From Eledone cirrhosa (lineage: Eukaryota): DNA of 64,000 nucleotides. The notes below the pieces were generated by a model, which saw only the letters and a program-made list of their open reading frames with translations, did no database searches and was not told where the DNA came from. The position numbers and the translations under genes are program-made. This document shows, one piece after another, positions 34,613 through 46,518 of the stretch. The stretch is taken from NCBI GenBank assembly GCA_964016885.1, contig OZ024744.1, positions 41,974,001-42,038,000 of the forward strand, written 5' to 3'. How positions within the stretch are numbered: the stretch's first letter is position 1; each line of letters starts with the position of its first letter.

Positions 34613-37360
34613 TTATACTTCTCTTAGGTCAGTGTTGTTTGTTTGGGTGTTGTTGTTGTTCCACTCATTCTTTCTGTTTAGCTTTGGTCTTCTAATTTCT
34701 ATTTCACTGGCCTCTCTGATTTGCCTATCTGCTGGGTCATTCCTATGTTTAGATATTATTCTAATTTCTATGTTGTCTATGTTACCGTCATGTTGTTGTC
34801 TAGCATGTTCGTATAGTACTGACCCGTTTTTTCGTCCTTTTAGTTCCCCCCAGTGTTGGTCTATCCTTTCACCTATGCTACGAGCTGTCTCACCTATGTA
34901 TGTTGTTGTCGTGTTTCTGCAAGTACCCTCTGTACATCTTATGCTATAGACTACGTTTCTAGTTTTACAGTTTATCCGGGGGTTCACCTTACATATGATA
35001 CATTTCCTATTGGTACAGTGGGTTTTCTTAAAAGGGTAGGTTTTGCTGATCAGGGATTTTATGGTGGTTCCTGGCTTTTCTACCACCTTTATTTTTAAGT
35101 GGGTCTTTCTCAGGGCCTTTCTACACTGGTTAGCTAATTTCCCTCCAGGGGTGGCGTCCACAAACATGACACTCTGATATCTCTGGTTGTCGTACCATGA
35201 TGTGGCCTTCCCTATCTTATGTCTAGCCCTATCTAAGCTATTCCATGATTTGCTCCTGTATAGTGGGCAAATTCCTTTCATGTCCAGTTCTATGAGGGTC
35301 TTATACTTTTCCATGGCTCCTTCGTATACTCTGACTCTGTCTCTTTGGTTGTAGCCAGAGAACTGCATGCGGTTGATGAAGTGTTGGATGTGTCCTTCCA
35401 TTTCTGTTGGGTCGCACATGCTGGACACATTCTTCATCACTCGTACCAAATCTGCGATCAGAATATTAAACTTAGCACTACTGGACATTGCTGAGTTTTT
35501 GAGTATCAGGTATTTGGAGGCCATGGGTTTAGCATAGTGTGAGTGGAGAATTTGGGCTCTCTCGTCTATAGTGTTAATCCAGAGTTCTGTGTCTAATACA
35601 GGTAGTCTATTGTTAGGGTGTTTGGAAGGGAAGTCTATAGTTACAGTTATACTCTGGTGTATGGAATTAGCTATCTGCTGGATGCTTTCCATCGTGCTAC
35701 GTTCTAAATCAAACTTGTTAGTGCTCTCTAGTGGGGGTGTTCTTATAACTATATTGATATCGTCTACATAACGAGAGTACATGATGAGGTCTATGGAGCT
35801 TTCATTAAGGAGGAGATCTTTAAGTCTCCTTTCCCACCATACCATGAAAAGGTTGGCAACATCACCAGCTATGCTGACGCCGATGGCTGCTCCCTCATTT
35901 TGGGTGTAGATTTTCTCATTGAACTTAAATATGTGGCCCTTTAGGGTAGTTTTGATACTAGCCCCTATTGCATGTGCGACCATTTTTCTTACCTGATCAG
36001 TGTTTTGGGGGGTCCGTATAGCTTTGGTCCACCCAATCCACCTTCCTATGGGAGTCTTTTTAGCCATTGAGGTTATGGTGGGGGGTCTACCTCTTATAGG
36101 TCTACTAGGGCAGAAACATCTAAGGTCATGGCTGTCTAGGTAGTCAGTGTCGTAGGTAAGTCTAAGTAGGAGGCCCAGTTCGTCTGTGTCGACGTCGCAG
36201 AACTCCACCTCACTCTCAATGATCATCTCCACACATCTTTTCACAGCAAAATCAATGTTAATGGATGGGTACAGTGACACCACATCCATGCTGCCTATTA
36301 TGCAGTTGGATAGGCTCCTGTTTTTGTTGCACTCACTGATTCTGCTGAGGAGGTCCTCTGTACTTTCACATACATCTGGGGACATCTTGATTATGGGGCG
36401 TATAACCATTGAGAGGAAGTAGGAGATCCTGTAGTTGCTAGCTATATTAGCTCCGCATACGGGTCTTGTTGGTGGTCCTGTTGTCGGGTCGTCGACTGTC
36501 TTGTGGTCTTTGCGGAGCCCATACAAGGGTGGTATGCCATTGTTAGACGCCTGGAAGTTGTTGGCAGTGCGTCTGCTTGGCTTTAGGATGTCAGTCCACA
36601 TCATCATGTGAGCGTTGAGGATTTTTTCTCTCCCATCGTGTGTTAGTTGTGCAACTTCGCTCGTGTTGGTGATGTGGGGTTGCATTGCCTCGATGTAGTT
36701 CGGCATGCTATCTATTGACATCCTACCAGACTTATCTGTGGGTAGACACACTACCTCACCATCCCTTGTGCGCTGCTTGAGGCTAACCAAGCCTTCTACA
36801 GGTTTTATCCCAAGTTGTTGGGCCTCTGGTCTGCTCTGTCTCATAGTGTACCTGTCTACTACTTGTCTAATCTTATTTCTAGCTATGGTGAACTGTGCCT
36901 CCGTCTCGTCATCTATTTGCTGTGGTATGCAAACTCTTTTATTAAAGGGTAACCTCGTAGGATAGATATTACCCATCTTATATGTTTTGTCAGCTGGGTT
37001 GAAAAATAGTTTCTCTAAGGGGTTGTCGTTATTTCTATCGTCATAGTTGTGTGTGTTGCTATTATTGTTATCATGGTGGTTGTTGTTGTTTCTATCATTA
37101 GCATTAATATTATTATTGTTATGATTGCTAGATGTATTGTTGTTTACTTCACCGTTATTGTTGTTGTTGTTACTGCTATTTCTACCATTGTGGTTGTTAC
37201 TATTATTATGTTTCTTGTTTTTGTTGATGTTGCTACATGTACTATTTCCATTATTACCACTGTGGTTATTGTTGTTGTTGTTGTTCGTATTGTTACCGTT
37301 ATTACTACTGTGGTCACTGTTGCTGTGTCTGTGGTTAACGTTTCTATTATTATTATTATT
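34613..37360 (-). pseudogene. 5'-truncated array unit (RT and EN intact, cut inside the Asn-rich region)
   Basis: Matches the full protein from NNNNNRNVNHRH onward. Confidence 0.9.
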
Positions 37361-37422
37361 AGAAACGTTTCTATTATTATTATTATTAGAAACGTTTCTA
37401 TTATTATTATTATTAGAAACGT
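37337..37422. repeat. Inversion junction: three copies of 27-bp aacgtttctattattattattattaga
   Basis: Direct reading; the first two unit boundaries form palindrome TAGAAACGTTTCTA. Confidence 0.95.
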
Positions 37423-37762
37423 AGTCTATAGCATAAGATGTACAGAGGGTACTTGCAGAAACACGACAACAACATACATAGGTGAGACAGCTCGTAGCAT
37501 AGGTGAAAGGATAGACCAACACTGGGGGGAACTAAAAGGACGAAAAAACGGGTCAGTACTATACGAACATGCTAGACACCAACATGACGGTAACATAGAC
37601 AACATAGAAATTAGAATAATATCTAAACATAGGAATGACCCAGCAGATAGGCAAATCAGAGAGGCCAGTGAAATAGAAATTAGAAGACCAAAGCTAAACA
37701 GAAAGAATGAGTGGAACAACAACAACACCCAAACAAACAACACTGACCTAAGAGAAGTATAA
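37414..37762 (+). pseudogene. 5'-truncated unit retaining only the GIY-YIG domain, followed by the 3' UTR
   Basis: Begins at RNVVYSIRC; matches the unit C-terminus with one Q>H change. Confidence 0.9.
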
Positions 37763-38274
37763 ATAAATAAGTAAATTAAATTAAATAAATAAAATAAGAT
37801 AAATAAATACATACACAAGCACATAAACACACACTAGTCACCCAGCAGACACAACACTATACACACTAGTCACACATCACACATAACACTATACACACAC
37901 GCAAACGCATGCGCAAAGAAGACAAAATAAAATAAGATAAACAAACAAGCAAATAAATAAATAAATATATAGACAGACTGAACAAAAAAAAAATGGCGCA
38001 GACATACAACACAACAGGAGGAACAATGAATATAACACCACTGACGATGTTGCAGATGTGCAACGAAAGATTTATGTAAATTATGTAAACTATATATATA
38101 TGTGTTTGTCTATATTGTATCTGTATTATTTTTGACCGCCGGTCAGTCAATGGCAACATTGAGGACCGAGTAAGTTAGATCGCAGATATATATATATATA
38201 AAAGACAGCGAGAAGCGAAAACCAACCAAACAGTGAGTGTGTTCTGTTATTAATTCTGGCAATATTACGCAAAT

Positions 38275-41200
38275 ATGACCCTCTCCAAATATAACAATAT
38301 CTGTTTCGACACACGATTTCATATAAAAAACCTCGCAAAACTAATTCATCGCCGCTATGGCATTAGCTTGTGCCAAGCTGAAAGGTTATTGAAAGACACT
38401 GTTTTCTGTTATATAAAAACTACAATAACAACAGAACAAATCCGCTTCTTAAAACACTGTGTTTCCTCCAAAACATACACAACAAACATATCAAAACAAG
38501 TAAATAATTTATTATTGAACAAAACACAAGCTGAACGGCTAAAACACACAATAACAGTTAATATGAAAAGAACAACATACACAAAAGTCAACGCACTCTA
38601 CAGACAAAAACGCATCAACGGTAAGGAAATCCGAAATCTCATCACAGCAAACGAGAGAGATGACTTCATGAGCGTCATCCGACGCGAAACGAAATATGCT
38701 CAAAACGAATGCTGTAGGCATTTCAAGAAGAAATTAGAATGGATGAATAAGAAAAAACTACAAGAAAGGAAAATCGAATATTCTCAAAAATACCCAGATA
38801 ACATCGACAACATCCGTATGAGTGATGTAAAACTACCGGAAGAATTTACCAATGACCACACAGTAAATATCTATGGGAACACTTTAATCAGTGAACAAGA
38901 ACAACAAATCCTAAAGTTACCACCAAAATTTGCCATCTACAAAAAGATTAACCCTATGGAATGCAAAACGGAGCTGGAAAAGTGTTTCACAAAAATACGT
39001 TGGAATGCAAAGGTAAACAACAACAACAATAATAACGGTAGTAGTAATATAAACAATAACTCTGGGTATAGAAATAACAGCCATAACCATAACAATGGCA
39101 GGAAAGTGAGAAATAGTGATAATAGTAATAATACTAGCGATAGACAGAACAACAACAACCACAATAATAATAATAATAGAAACGTTAACCACAGACACAG
39201 CAACAGTGACCACAGTGGTAATAATGGAAATAGTACATGTAGCAACATCAACAAAAACAAGAAACATAATAATAGTAACAACCACAATGGTAGAAATAGC
39301 AGTAACAACAACAACAATAACGGTGAAGTAAACAACAATACATCTAGCAATCATAACAATAATAATATTAATGCTAATGATAGAAACAACAACAACCACC
39401 ATGATAACAATAATAGCAACACACACAACTATGACGATAGAAATAACGACAACCCCTTAGAGAAACTATTTTTCAACCCAGCTGACAAAACATATAAGAT
39501 GGGTAATATCTATCCTACGAGGTTACCCTTTAATAAAAGAGTTTGCATACCACAGCAAATAGATGACGAGACGGAGGCACAGTTCACCATAGCTAGAAAT
39601 AAGATTAGACAAGTAGTAGACAGGTACACTATGAGACAGAGCAGACCAGAGGCCCAACAACTTGGGATAAAACCTGTAGAAGGCTTGGTTAGCCTCAAGC
39701 AGCGCACAAGGGATGGTGAGGTAGTGTGTCTACCCACAGATAAGTCTGGTAGGATGTCAATAGATAGCATGCCGAACTACATCGAGGCAATGCAACCCCA
39801 CATCACCAACACGAGCGAAGTTGCACAACTAACACACGATGGGAGAGAAAAAATCCTCAACGCTCACATGATGATGTGGACTGACATCCTAAAGCCAAGC
39901 AGACGCACTGCCAACAACTTCCAGGCGTCTAACAATGGCATACCACCCTTGTATGGGCTCCGCAAAGACCACAAGACAGTCGACGACCCGACAACAGGAC
40001 CACCAACAAGACCCGTATGCGGAGCTAATATAGCTAGCAACTACAGGATCTCCTACTTCCTCTCAATGGTTATACGCCCCATAATCAAGATGTCCCCAGA
40101 TGTATGTGAAAGTACAGAGGACCTCCTCAGCAGAATCAGTGAGTGCAACAAAAACAGGAGCCTATCCAACTGCATAATAGGCAGCATGGATGTGGTGTCA
40201 CTGTACCCATCCATTAACATTGATTTTGCTGTGAAAAGATGTGTGGAGATGATCATTGAGAGTGAGGTGGAGTTCTGCGACGTCGACACAGACGAACTGG
40301 GCCTCCTACTTAGACTTACCTACGACACTGACTACCTAGACAGCCATGACCTTAGATGTTTCTGCCCTAGTAGACCTATAAGAGGTAGACCCTCCACCAT
40401 AACCTCAATGGCTAAAAAGACTCCCATAGGAAGGTGGATTGGGTGGACCAAAGCTATACGGACCCCCCAAAACACTGATCAGGTAAGAAAAATGGTCGCA
40501 CATGCAATAGGGGCTAGTATCAAAACTACCCTAAAGGGCCACATATTTAAGTTCAATGAGAAAATCTACACCCAAAATGAGGGAGCAGCCATCGGCGTCA
40601 GCATAGCTGGTGATGTTGCCAACCTTTTCATGGTATGGTGGGAAAGGAGACTTAAAGATCTCCTCCTTAATGAAAGCTCCATAGACCTCATCATGTACTC
40701 TCGTTATGTAGACGATATCAATATAGTTATAAGAACACCCCCACTAGAGAGCACTAACAAGTTTGATTTAGAACGTAGCACGATGGAAAGCATCCAGCAG
40801 ATAGCTAATTCCATACACCAGAGTATAACTGTAACTATAGACTTCCCTTCCAAACACCCTAACAATAGACTACCTGTATTAGACACAGAACTCTGGATTA
40901 ACACTATAGACGAGAGAGCCCAAATTCTCCACTCACACTATGCTAAACCCATGGCCTCCAAATACCTGATACTCAAAAACTCAGCAATGTCCAGTAGTGC
41001 TAAGTTTAATATTCTGATCGCAGATTTGGTACGAGTGATGAAGAATGTGTCCAGCATGTGCGACCCAACAGAAATGGAAGGACACATCCAACACTTCATC
41101 AACCGCATGCAGTTCTCTGGCTACAACCAAAGAGACAGAGTCAGAGTATACGAAGGAGCCATGGAAAAGTATAAGACCCTCATAGAACTGGACATGAAAG

Positions 41201-41853
41201 GAATTTGCCCACTATACAGGAGCAAATCATGGAATAGCTTAGATAGGGCTAGACATAAGATAGGGAAGGCCACATCATGGTACGACAACCAGAGATATCA
41301 GAGTGTCATGTTTGTGGACGCCACCCCTGGAGGGAAATTAGCTAACCAGTGTAGAAAGGCCCTGAGAAAGACCCACTTAAAAATAAAGGTGGTAGAAAAG
41401 CCAGGAACCACCATAAAATCCCTGATCAGCAAAACCTACCCTTTTAAGAAAACCCACTGTACCAATAGGAAATGTATCATATGTAAGGTGAACCCCCGGA
41501 TAAACTGTAAAACTAGAAACGTAGTCTATAGCATAAGATGTACAGAGGGTACTTGCAGAAACACGACAACAACATACATAGGTGAGACAGCTCGTAGCAT
41601 AGGTGAAAGGATAGACCAACACTGGGGGGAACTAAAAGGACGAAAAAACGGGTCAGTACTATACGAACATGCTAGACAACAACATGACGGTAACATAGAC
41701 AACATAGAAATTAGAATAATATCTAAACATAGGAATGACCCAGCAGATAGGCAAATCAGAGAGGCCAGTGAAATAGAAATTAGAAGACCAAAGCTAAACA
41801 GAAAGAATGAGTGGAACAACAACAACACCCAAACAAACAACACTGACCTATGA
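38275..41853 (+). CDS. PLE RT-EN, 1192-aa variant (48-bp in-frame deletion; AGA>TGA three codons early)
   Basis: Comparison with neighbouring units. Confidence 0.9.
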   Translation: MTLSKYNNICFDTRFHIKNLAKLIHRRYGISLCQAERLLKDTVFCYIKTTITTEQIRFLKHCVSSKTYTTNISKQVNNLLLNKTQAERLKHTITVNMKRTTYTKVNALYRQKRINGKEIRNLITANERDDFMSVIRRETKYAQNECCRHFKKKLEWMNKKKLQERKIEYSQKYPDNIDNIRMSDVKLPEEFTNDHTVNIYGNTLISEQEQQILKLPPKFAIYKKINPMECKTELEKCFTKIRWNAKVNNNNNNNGSSNINNNSGYRNNSHNHNNGRKVRNSDNSNNTSDRQNNNNHNNNNNRNVNHRHSNSDHSGNNGNSTCSNINKNKKHNNSNNHNGRNSSNNNNNNGEVNNNTSSNHNNNNINANDRNNNNHHDNNNSNTHNYDDRNNDNPLEKLFFNPADKTYKMGNIYPTRLPFNKRVCIPQQIDDETEAQFTIARNKIRQVVDRYTMRQSRPEAQQLGIKPVEGLVSLKQRTRDGEVVCLPTDKSGRMSIDSMPNYIEAMQPHITNTSEVAQLTHDGREKILNAHMMMWTDILKPSRRTANNFQASNNGIPPLYGLRKDHKTVDDPTTGPPTRPVCGANIASNYRISYFLSMVIRPIIKMSPDVCESTEDLLSRISECNKNRSLSNCIIGSMDVVSLYPSINIDFAVKRCVEMIIESEVEFCDVDTDELGLLLRLTYDTDYLDSHDLRCFCPSRPIRGRPSTITSMAKKTPIGRWIGWTKAIRTPQNTDQVRKMVAHAIGASIKTTLKGHIFKFNEKIYTQNEGAAIGVSIAGDVANLFMVWWERRLKDLLLNESSIDLIMYSRYVDDINIVIRTPPLESTNKFDLERSTMESIQQIANSIHQSITVTIDFPSKHPNNRLPVLDTELWINTIDERAQILHSHYAKPMASKYLILKNSAMSSSAKFNILIADLVRVMKNVSSMCDPTEMEGHIQHFINRMQFSGYNQRDRVRVYEGAMEKYKTLIELDMKGICPLYRSKSWNSLDRARHKIGKATSWYDNQRYQSVMFVDATPGGKLANQCRKALRKTHLKIKVVEKPGTTIKSLISKTYPFKKTHCTNRKCIICKVNPRINCKTRNVVYSIRCTEGTCRNTTTTYIGETARSIGERIDQHWGELKGRKNGSVLYEHARQQHDGNIDNIEIRIISKHRNDPADRQIREASEIEIRRPKLNRKNEWNNNNTQTNNTDL

Positions 41854-42372
41854 GAAGTATAAATAAATAAGTAAATTAAATTAAATAAATAAAATAAGAT
41901 AAATAAATACATACACAAGCACATAAACACACACTAGTCACCCAGCAGACACAACACTATACACACTAGTCACACATCACACATAACACTATACACACAC
42001 GCAAACGCATGCGCAAAGAAGACAAAATAAAATAAGATAAACAAACAAGCAAATAAATAAATAAATATATAGACAGACTGAACAAAAAAAAAATGGCGTA
42101 GACATACAACACAACAGGAGGAACAATGAATATAACACCACTGACGATGTTGCAGATGTGCAACGAAAGATTTATGTAAATTATGTAAACTATATATATA
42201 TGTGTTTGTCTATATTGTATCTGTATTATTTTTGACCGCCGGTCAGTCAATGGCAACATTGAGGACCGAGTAAGTTAGATCGCAGATATATATATATAAA
42301 AGACAGCGAGAAGCGAAAACCAACCAAACAGTGAGTGTGTTCTGTTATTAATTCTGGCAATATTACGCAAAT

Positions 42373-45300
42373 ATGACCCTCCCCAAATATAACAATATCT
42401 GTTTCGACACACGATTTCATATAAAAAACCTCGCAAAACTAATTCATCGCCGCTATGGCATTAGCTTGTGCCAAGCTGAAAGGTTATTGAAAGACACTGT
42501 TTTCTGTTATATAAAAACTACAATAACAACAGAACAAATCCGCTTCTTAAAACACTGTGTTTCCTCCAAAACATACACAACAAACATATCAAAACAAGTA
42601 AATAATTTATTATTGAACAAAACACAAGCTGAACGGCTAAAACACACAATAACAGTTAATATGAAAAGAACAACATACACAAAAGTCAACGCACTCTACA
42701 GACAAAAACGCATCAACGGTAAGGAAATCCGAAATCTCATCACAGCAAACGAGAGAGATGACTTCATGAGCGTCATCCGACGCGAAACGAAATATGCTCA
42801 AAACGAATGCTGTAGGCATTTCAAGAAGAAATTAGAATGGATGAATAAGAAAAAACTACAAGAAAGGAAAATCGAATATTCTCAAAAATACCCAGATAAC
42901 ATCGACAACATCCGTATGAGTGATGTAAAACTACCGGAAGAATTTACCAATGACCACACAGTAAATATCTATGGGAACACTTTAATCAGTGAACAAGAAC
43001 AACAAATCCTAAAGTTCCCACCAAAATTTGCCATCTACAAAAAGATTAACCCTATGGAATGCAAAACGGAGCTGGAAAAGTGTTTCACAAAAATACGTTG
43101 GAATGCAAAGGTAAACAACAACAACAATAATAACGGTAGTAGTAATATAAACAATAACTCTGGGTATAGAAATAACAGCCATAACCATAACAATGGCAGG
43201 AAAGTGAGAAATAGTGATAATAGTAATAATACTAGCGATAGACAGAACAACAACAACCACAATAATAATAATAATAGAAACGTTAACCACAGACACAGCA
43301 ACAGTGACCACAGTAGTAATAACGGTAACAATACGAACAACAACAACAACAATAACCACAGTGGTAATAATGGAAATAGTACATGTAGCAACATCAACAA
43401 AAACAAGAAACATAATAATAGTAACAACCACAATGGTAGAAATAGCAGTAACAACAACAACAATAACGGTGAAGTAAACAACAATACATCTAGCAATCAT
43501 AACAATAATAATATTAATGCTAATGATAGAAACAACAACAACCACCATGATAACAATAATAGCAACACACACAACTATGACGATAGAAATAACGACAACC
43601 CCTTAGAGAAACTATTTTTCAACCCAGCTGACAAAACATATAAGATGGGTAATATCTATCCTACGAGGTTACCCTTTAATAAAAGAGTTTGCATACCACA
43701 GCAAATAGATGACGAGACGGAGGCACAGTTCACCATAGCTAGAAATAAGATTAGACAAGTAGTAGACAGGTACACTATGAGACAGAGCAGACCAGAGGCC
43801 CAACAACTTGGGATAAAACCTGTAGAAGGCTTGGTTAGCCTCAAGCAGCGCACAAGGGATGGTGAGGTAGTGTGTCTACCCACAGATAAGTCTGGTAGGA
43901 TGTCAATAGATAGCATGCCGAACTACATCGAGGCAATGCAACCCCACATCACCAACACGAGCGAAGTTGCACAACTAACACACGATGGGAGAGAAAAAAT
44001 CCTCAACGCTCACATGATGATGTGGACTGACATCCTAAAGCCAAGCAGACGCACTGCCAACAACTTCCAGGCGTCTAACAATGGCATACCACCCTTGTAT
44101 GGGCTCCGCAAAGACCACAAGACAGTCGACGACCCGACAACAGGACCACCAACAAGACCCGTATGCGGAGCTAATATAGCTAGCAACTACAGGATCTCCT
44201 ACTTCCTCTCAATGGTTATACGCCCCATAATCAAGATGTCCCCAGATGTATGTGAAAGTACAGAGGACCTCCTCAGCAGAATCAGTGAGTGCAACAAAAA
44301 CAGGAGCCTATCCAACTGCATAATAGGCAGCATGGATGTGGTGTCACTGTACCCATCCATTAACATTGATTTTGCTGTGAAAAGATGTGTGGAGATGATC
44401 ATTGAGAGTGAGGTGGAGTTCTGCGACGTCGACACAGACGAACTGGGCCTCCTACTTAGACTTACCTACGACACTGACTACCTAGACAGCCATGACCTTA
44501 GATGTTTCTGCCCTAGTAGACCTATAAGAGGTAGACCCCCCACCATAACCTCAATGGCTAAAAAGACTCCCATAGGAAGGTGGATTGGGTGGACCAAAGC
44601 TATACGGACCCCCCAAAACACTGATCAGGTAAGAAAAATGGTCGCACATGCAATAGGGGCTAGTATCAAAACTACCCTAAAGGGCCACATATTTAAGTTC
44701 AATGAGAAAATCTACACCCAAAATGAGGGAGCAGCCATCGGCGTCAGCATAGCTGGTGATGTTGCCAACCTTTTCATGGTATGGTGGGAAAGGAGACTTA
44801 AAGATCTCCTCCTTAATGAAAGCTCCATAGACCTCATCATGTACTCTCGTTATGTAGACGATATCAATATAGTTATAAGAACACCCCCACTAGAGAGCAC
44901 TAACAAGTTTGATTTAGAACGTAGCACGATGGAAAGCATCCAGCAGATAGCTAATTCCATACACCAGAGTATAACTGTAACTATAGACTTCCCTTCCAAA
45001 CACCCTAACAATAGACTACCTGTATTAGACACAGAACTCTGGATTAACACTATAGACGAGAGAGCCCAAATTCTCCACTCACACTATGCTAAACCCATGG
45101 CCTCCAAATACCTGATACTCAAAAACTCAGCAATGTCCAGTAGTGCTAAGTTTAATATTCTGATCGCAGATTTGGTACGAGTGATGAAGAATGTGTCCAG
45201 CATGTGCGACCCAACAGAAATGGAAGGACACATCCAACACTTCATCAACCGCATGCAGTTCTCTGGCTACAACCAAAGAGACAGAGTCAGAGTATACGAA

Positions 45301-46008
45301 GGAGCCATGGAAAAGTATAAGACCCTCATAGAACTGGACATGAAAGGAATTTGCCCACTATACAGGAGCAAATCATGGAATAGCTTAGATAGGGCTAGAC
45401 ATAAGATAGGGAAGGCCACATCATGGTACGACAACCAGAGATATCAGAGTGTCATGTTTGTGGACGCCACCCCTGGAGGGAAATTAGCTAACCAGTGTAG
45501 AAAGGCCCTGAGAAAGACCCACTTAAAAATAAAGGTGGTAGAAAAGCCAGGAACCACCATAAAATCCCTGATCAGCAAAACCTACCCTTTTAAGAAAACC
45601 CACTGTACCAATAGGAAATGTATCATATGTAAGGTGAACCCCCGGATAAACTGTAAAACTAGAAACGTAGTCTATAGCATAAGATGTACAGAGGGTACTT
45701 GCAGAAACACGACAACAACATACATAGGTGAGACAGCTCGTAGCATAGGTGAAAGGATAGACCAACACTGGGGGGAACTAAAAGGACGAAAAAACGGGTC
45801 AGTACTATACGAACATGCTAGACAACAACATGACGGTAACATAGACAACATAGAAATTAGAATAATATCTAAACATAGGAATGACCCAGCAGATAGGCAA
45901 ATCAGAGAGGCCAGTGAAATAGAAATTAGAAGACCAAAGCTAAACAGAAAGAATGAGTGGAACAACAACAACACCCAAACAAACAACACTGACCTAAGAG
46001 AAGTATAA
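42373..46008 (+). CDS. PLE RT-EN, 1211 aa, intact
   Basis: Same motifs as 30465-34100. Confidence 0.92.
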   Translation: MTLPKYNNICFDTRFHIKNLAKLIHRRYGISLCQAERLLKDTVFCYIKTTITTEQIRFLKHCVSSKTYTTNISKQVNNLLLNKTQAERLKHTITVNMKRTTYTKVNALYRQKRINGKEIRNLITANERDDFMSVIRRETKYAQNECCRHFKKKLEWMNKKKLQERKIEYSQKYPDNIDNIRMSDVKLPEEFTNDHTVNIYGNTLISEQEQQILKFPPKFAIYKKINPMECKTELEKCFTKIRWNAKVNNNNNNNGSSNINNNSGYRNNSHNHNNGRKVRNSDNSNNTSDRQNNNNHNNNNNRNVNHRHSNSDHSSNNGNNTNNNNNNNHSGNNGNSTCSNINKNKKHNNSNNHNGRNSSNNNNNNGEVNNNTSSNHNNNNINANDRNNNNHHDNNNSNTHNYDDRNNDNPLEKLFFNPADKTYKMGNIYPTRLPFNKRVCIPQQIDDETEAQFTIARNKIRQVVDRYTMRQSRPEAQQLGIKPVEGLVSLKQRTRDGEVVCLPTDKSGRMSIDSMPNYIEAMQPHITNTSEVAQLTHDGREKILNAHMMMWTDILKPSRRTANNFQASNNGIPPLYGLRKDHKTVDDPTTGPPTRPVCGANIASNYRISYFLSMVIRPIIKMSPDVCESTEDLLSRISECNKNRSLSNCIIGSMDVVSLYPSINIDFAVKRCVEMIIESEVEFCDVDTDELGLLLRLTYDTDYLDSHDLRCFCPSRPIRGRPPTITSMAKKTPIGRWIGWTKAIRTPQNTDQVRKMVAHAIGASIKTTLKGHIFKFNEKIYTQNEGAAIGVSIAGDVANLFMVWWERRLKDLLLNESSIDLIMYSRYVDDINIVIRTPPLESTNKFDLERSTMESIQQIANSIHQSITVTIDFPSKHPNNRLPVLDTELWINTIDERAQILHSHYAKPMASKYLILKNSAMSSSAKFNILIADLVRVMKNVSSMCDPTEMEGHIQHFINRMQFSGYNQRDRVRVYEGAMEKYKTLIELDMKGICPLYRSKSWNSLDRARHKIGKATSWYDNQRYQSVMFVDATPGGKLANQCRKALRKTHLKIKVVEKPGTTIKSLISKTYPFKKTHCTNRKCIICKVNPRINCKTRNVVYSIRCTEGTCRNTTTTYIGETARSIGERIDQHWGELKGRKNGSVLYEHARQQHDGNIDNIEIRIISKHRNDPADRQIREASEIEIRRPKLNRKNEWNNNNTQTNNTDLREV

Positions 46009-46280
46009 ATAAATAAGTAAATTAAATTAAATAAATAAAATAAGATAAATAAATACATACACAAGCACATAAACACACACTAGTCACCCAGCAGACACAA
46101 CACTATACACACTAGTCACACATCACACATAACACTATACACACACGCAAACGCATGCGCAAAGAAGACAAAATAAAATAAGATAAACAAACAAGCAAAT
46201 AAATAAATAAATATATAGACAGACTGAACAAAAAAAAAATGGCGTAGACATACAACACAACAGGAGGAACAATGAATATA

Positions 46281-46325
46281 ACACCACTGACGATGTTGCA
46301 GATGTGCAACGAAAGATTTATGTAA
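46281..46325 (+). ncRNA. Hammerhead-like motif in each inter-ORF segment (cores at 38041, 42141, 46287, 50433, 54579, 58725, 62877 on +; 30184, 34332 on -)
   Basis: CTGACGA-t-GTTGCA(gatg)TGCAAC-GAAA-gattta; AGAUUU self-pairs with wobbles; stem I is weak. Confidence 0.5.
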
Positions 46326-46436
46326 ATTATGTAAACTATATATATATGTGTTTGTCTATATTGTATCTGTATTATTTTTGACCGCCGGTCAGTCAATGGC
46401 AACATTGAGGACCGAGTAAGTTAGATCGCAGATATA

Positions 46437-46482
46437 TATATATAAAAGACAGCGAGAAGCGAAAACCAACCAAACAGTGAGT
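46437..46482 (+). promoter_or_regulatory. Possible TATA box plus initiator-like element, repeated in every unit
   Basis: TATATAAAAG ~75 bp upstream of ATG with ACAGT ~35 bp downstream; motif match only. Confidence 0.3.
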
Positions 46483-46518
46483 GTGTTCTGTTATTAATTC
46501 TGGCAATATTACGCAAAT

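Noticed and set aside
37337-37422. CRISPR-like array
   Set aside because: Repeats have no spacers and the context is a eukaryotic retroelement
34613-37762. Chimeric ORFs of 969 aa (-) and 237 aa (+) across the junction as new genes
   Set aside because: By-products of the inversion with non-ATG starts and N-termini read from antisense sequence
41851-41853. TGA near the ORF end as Sec or readthrough
   Set aside because: A single-unit AGA>TGA point change three codons before the normal stop
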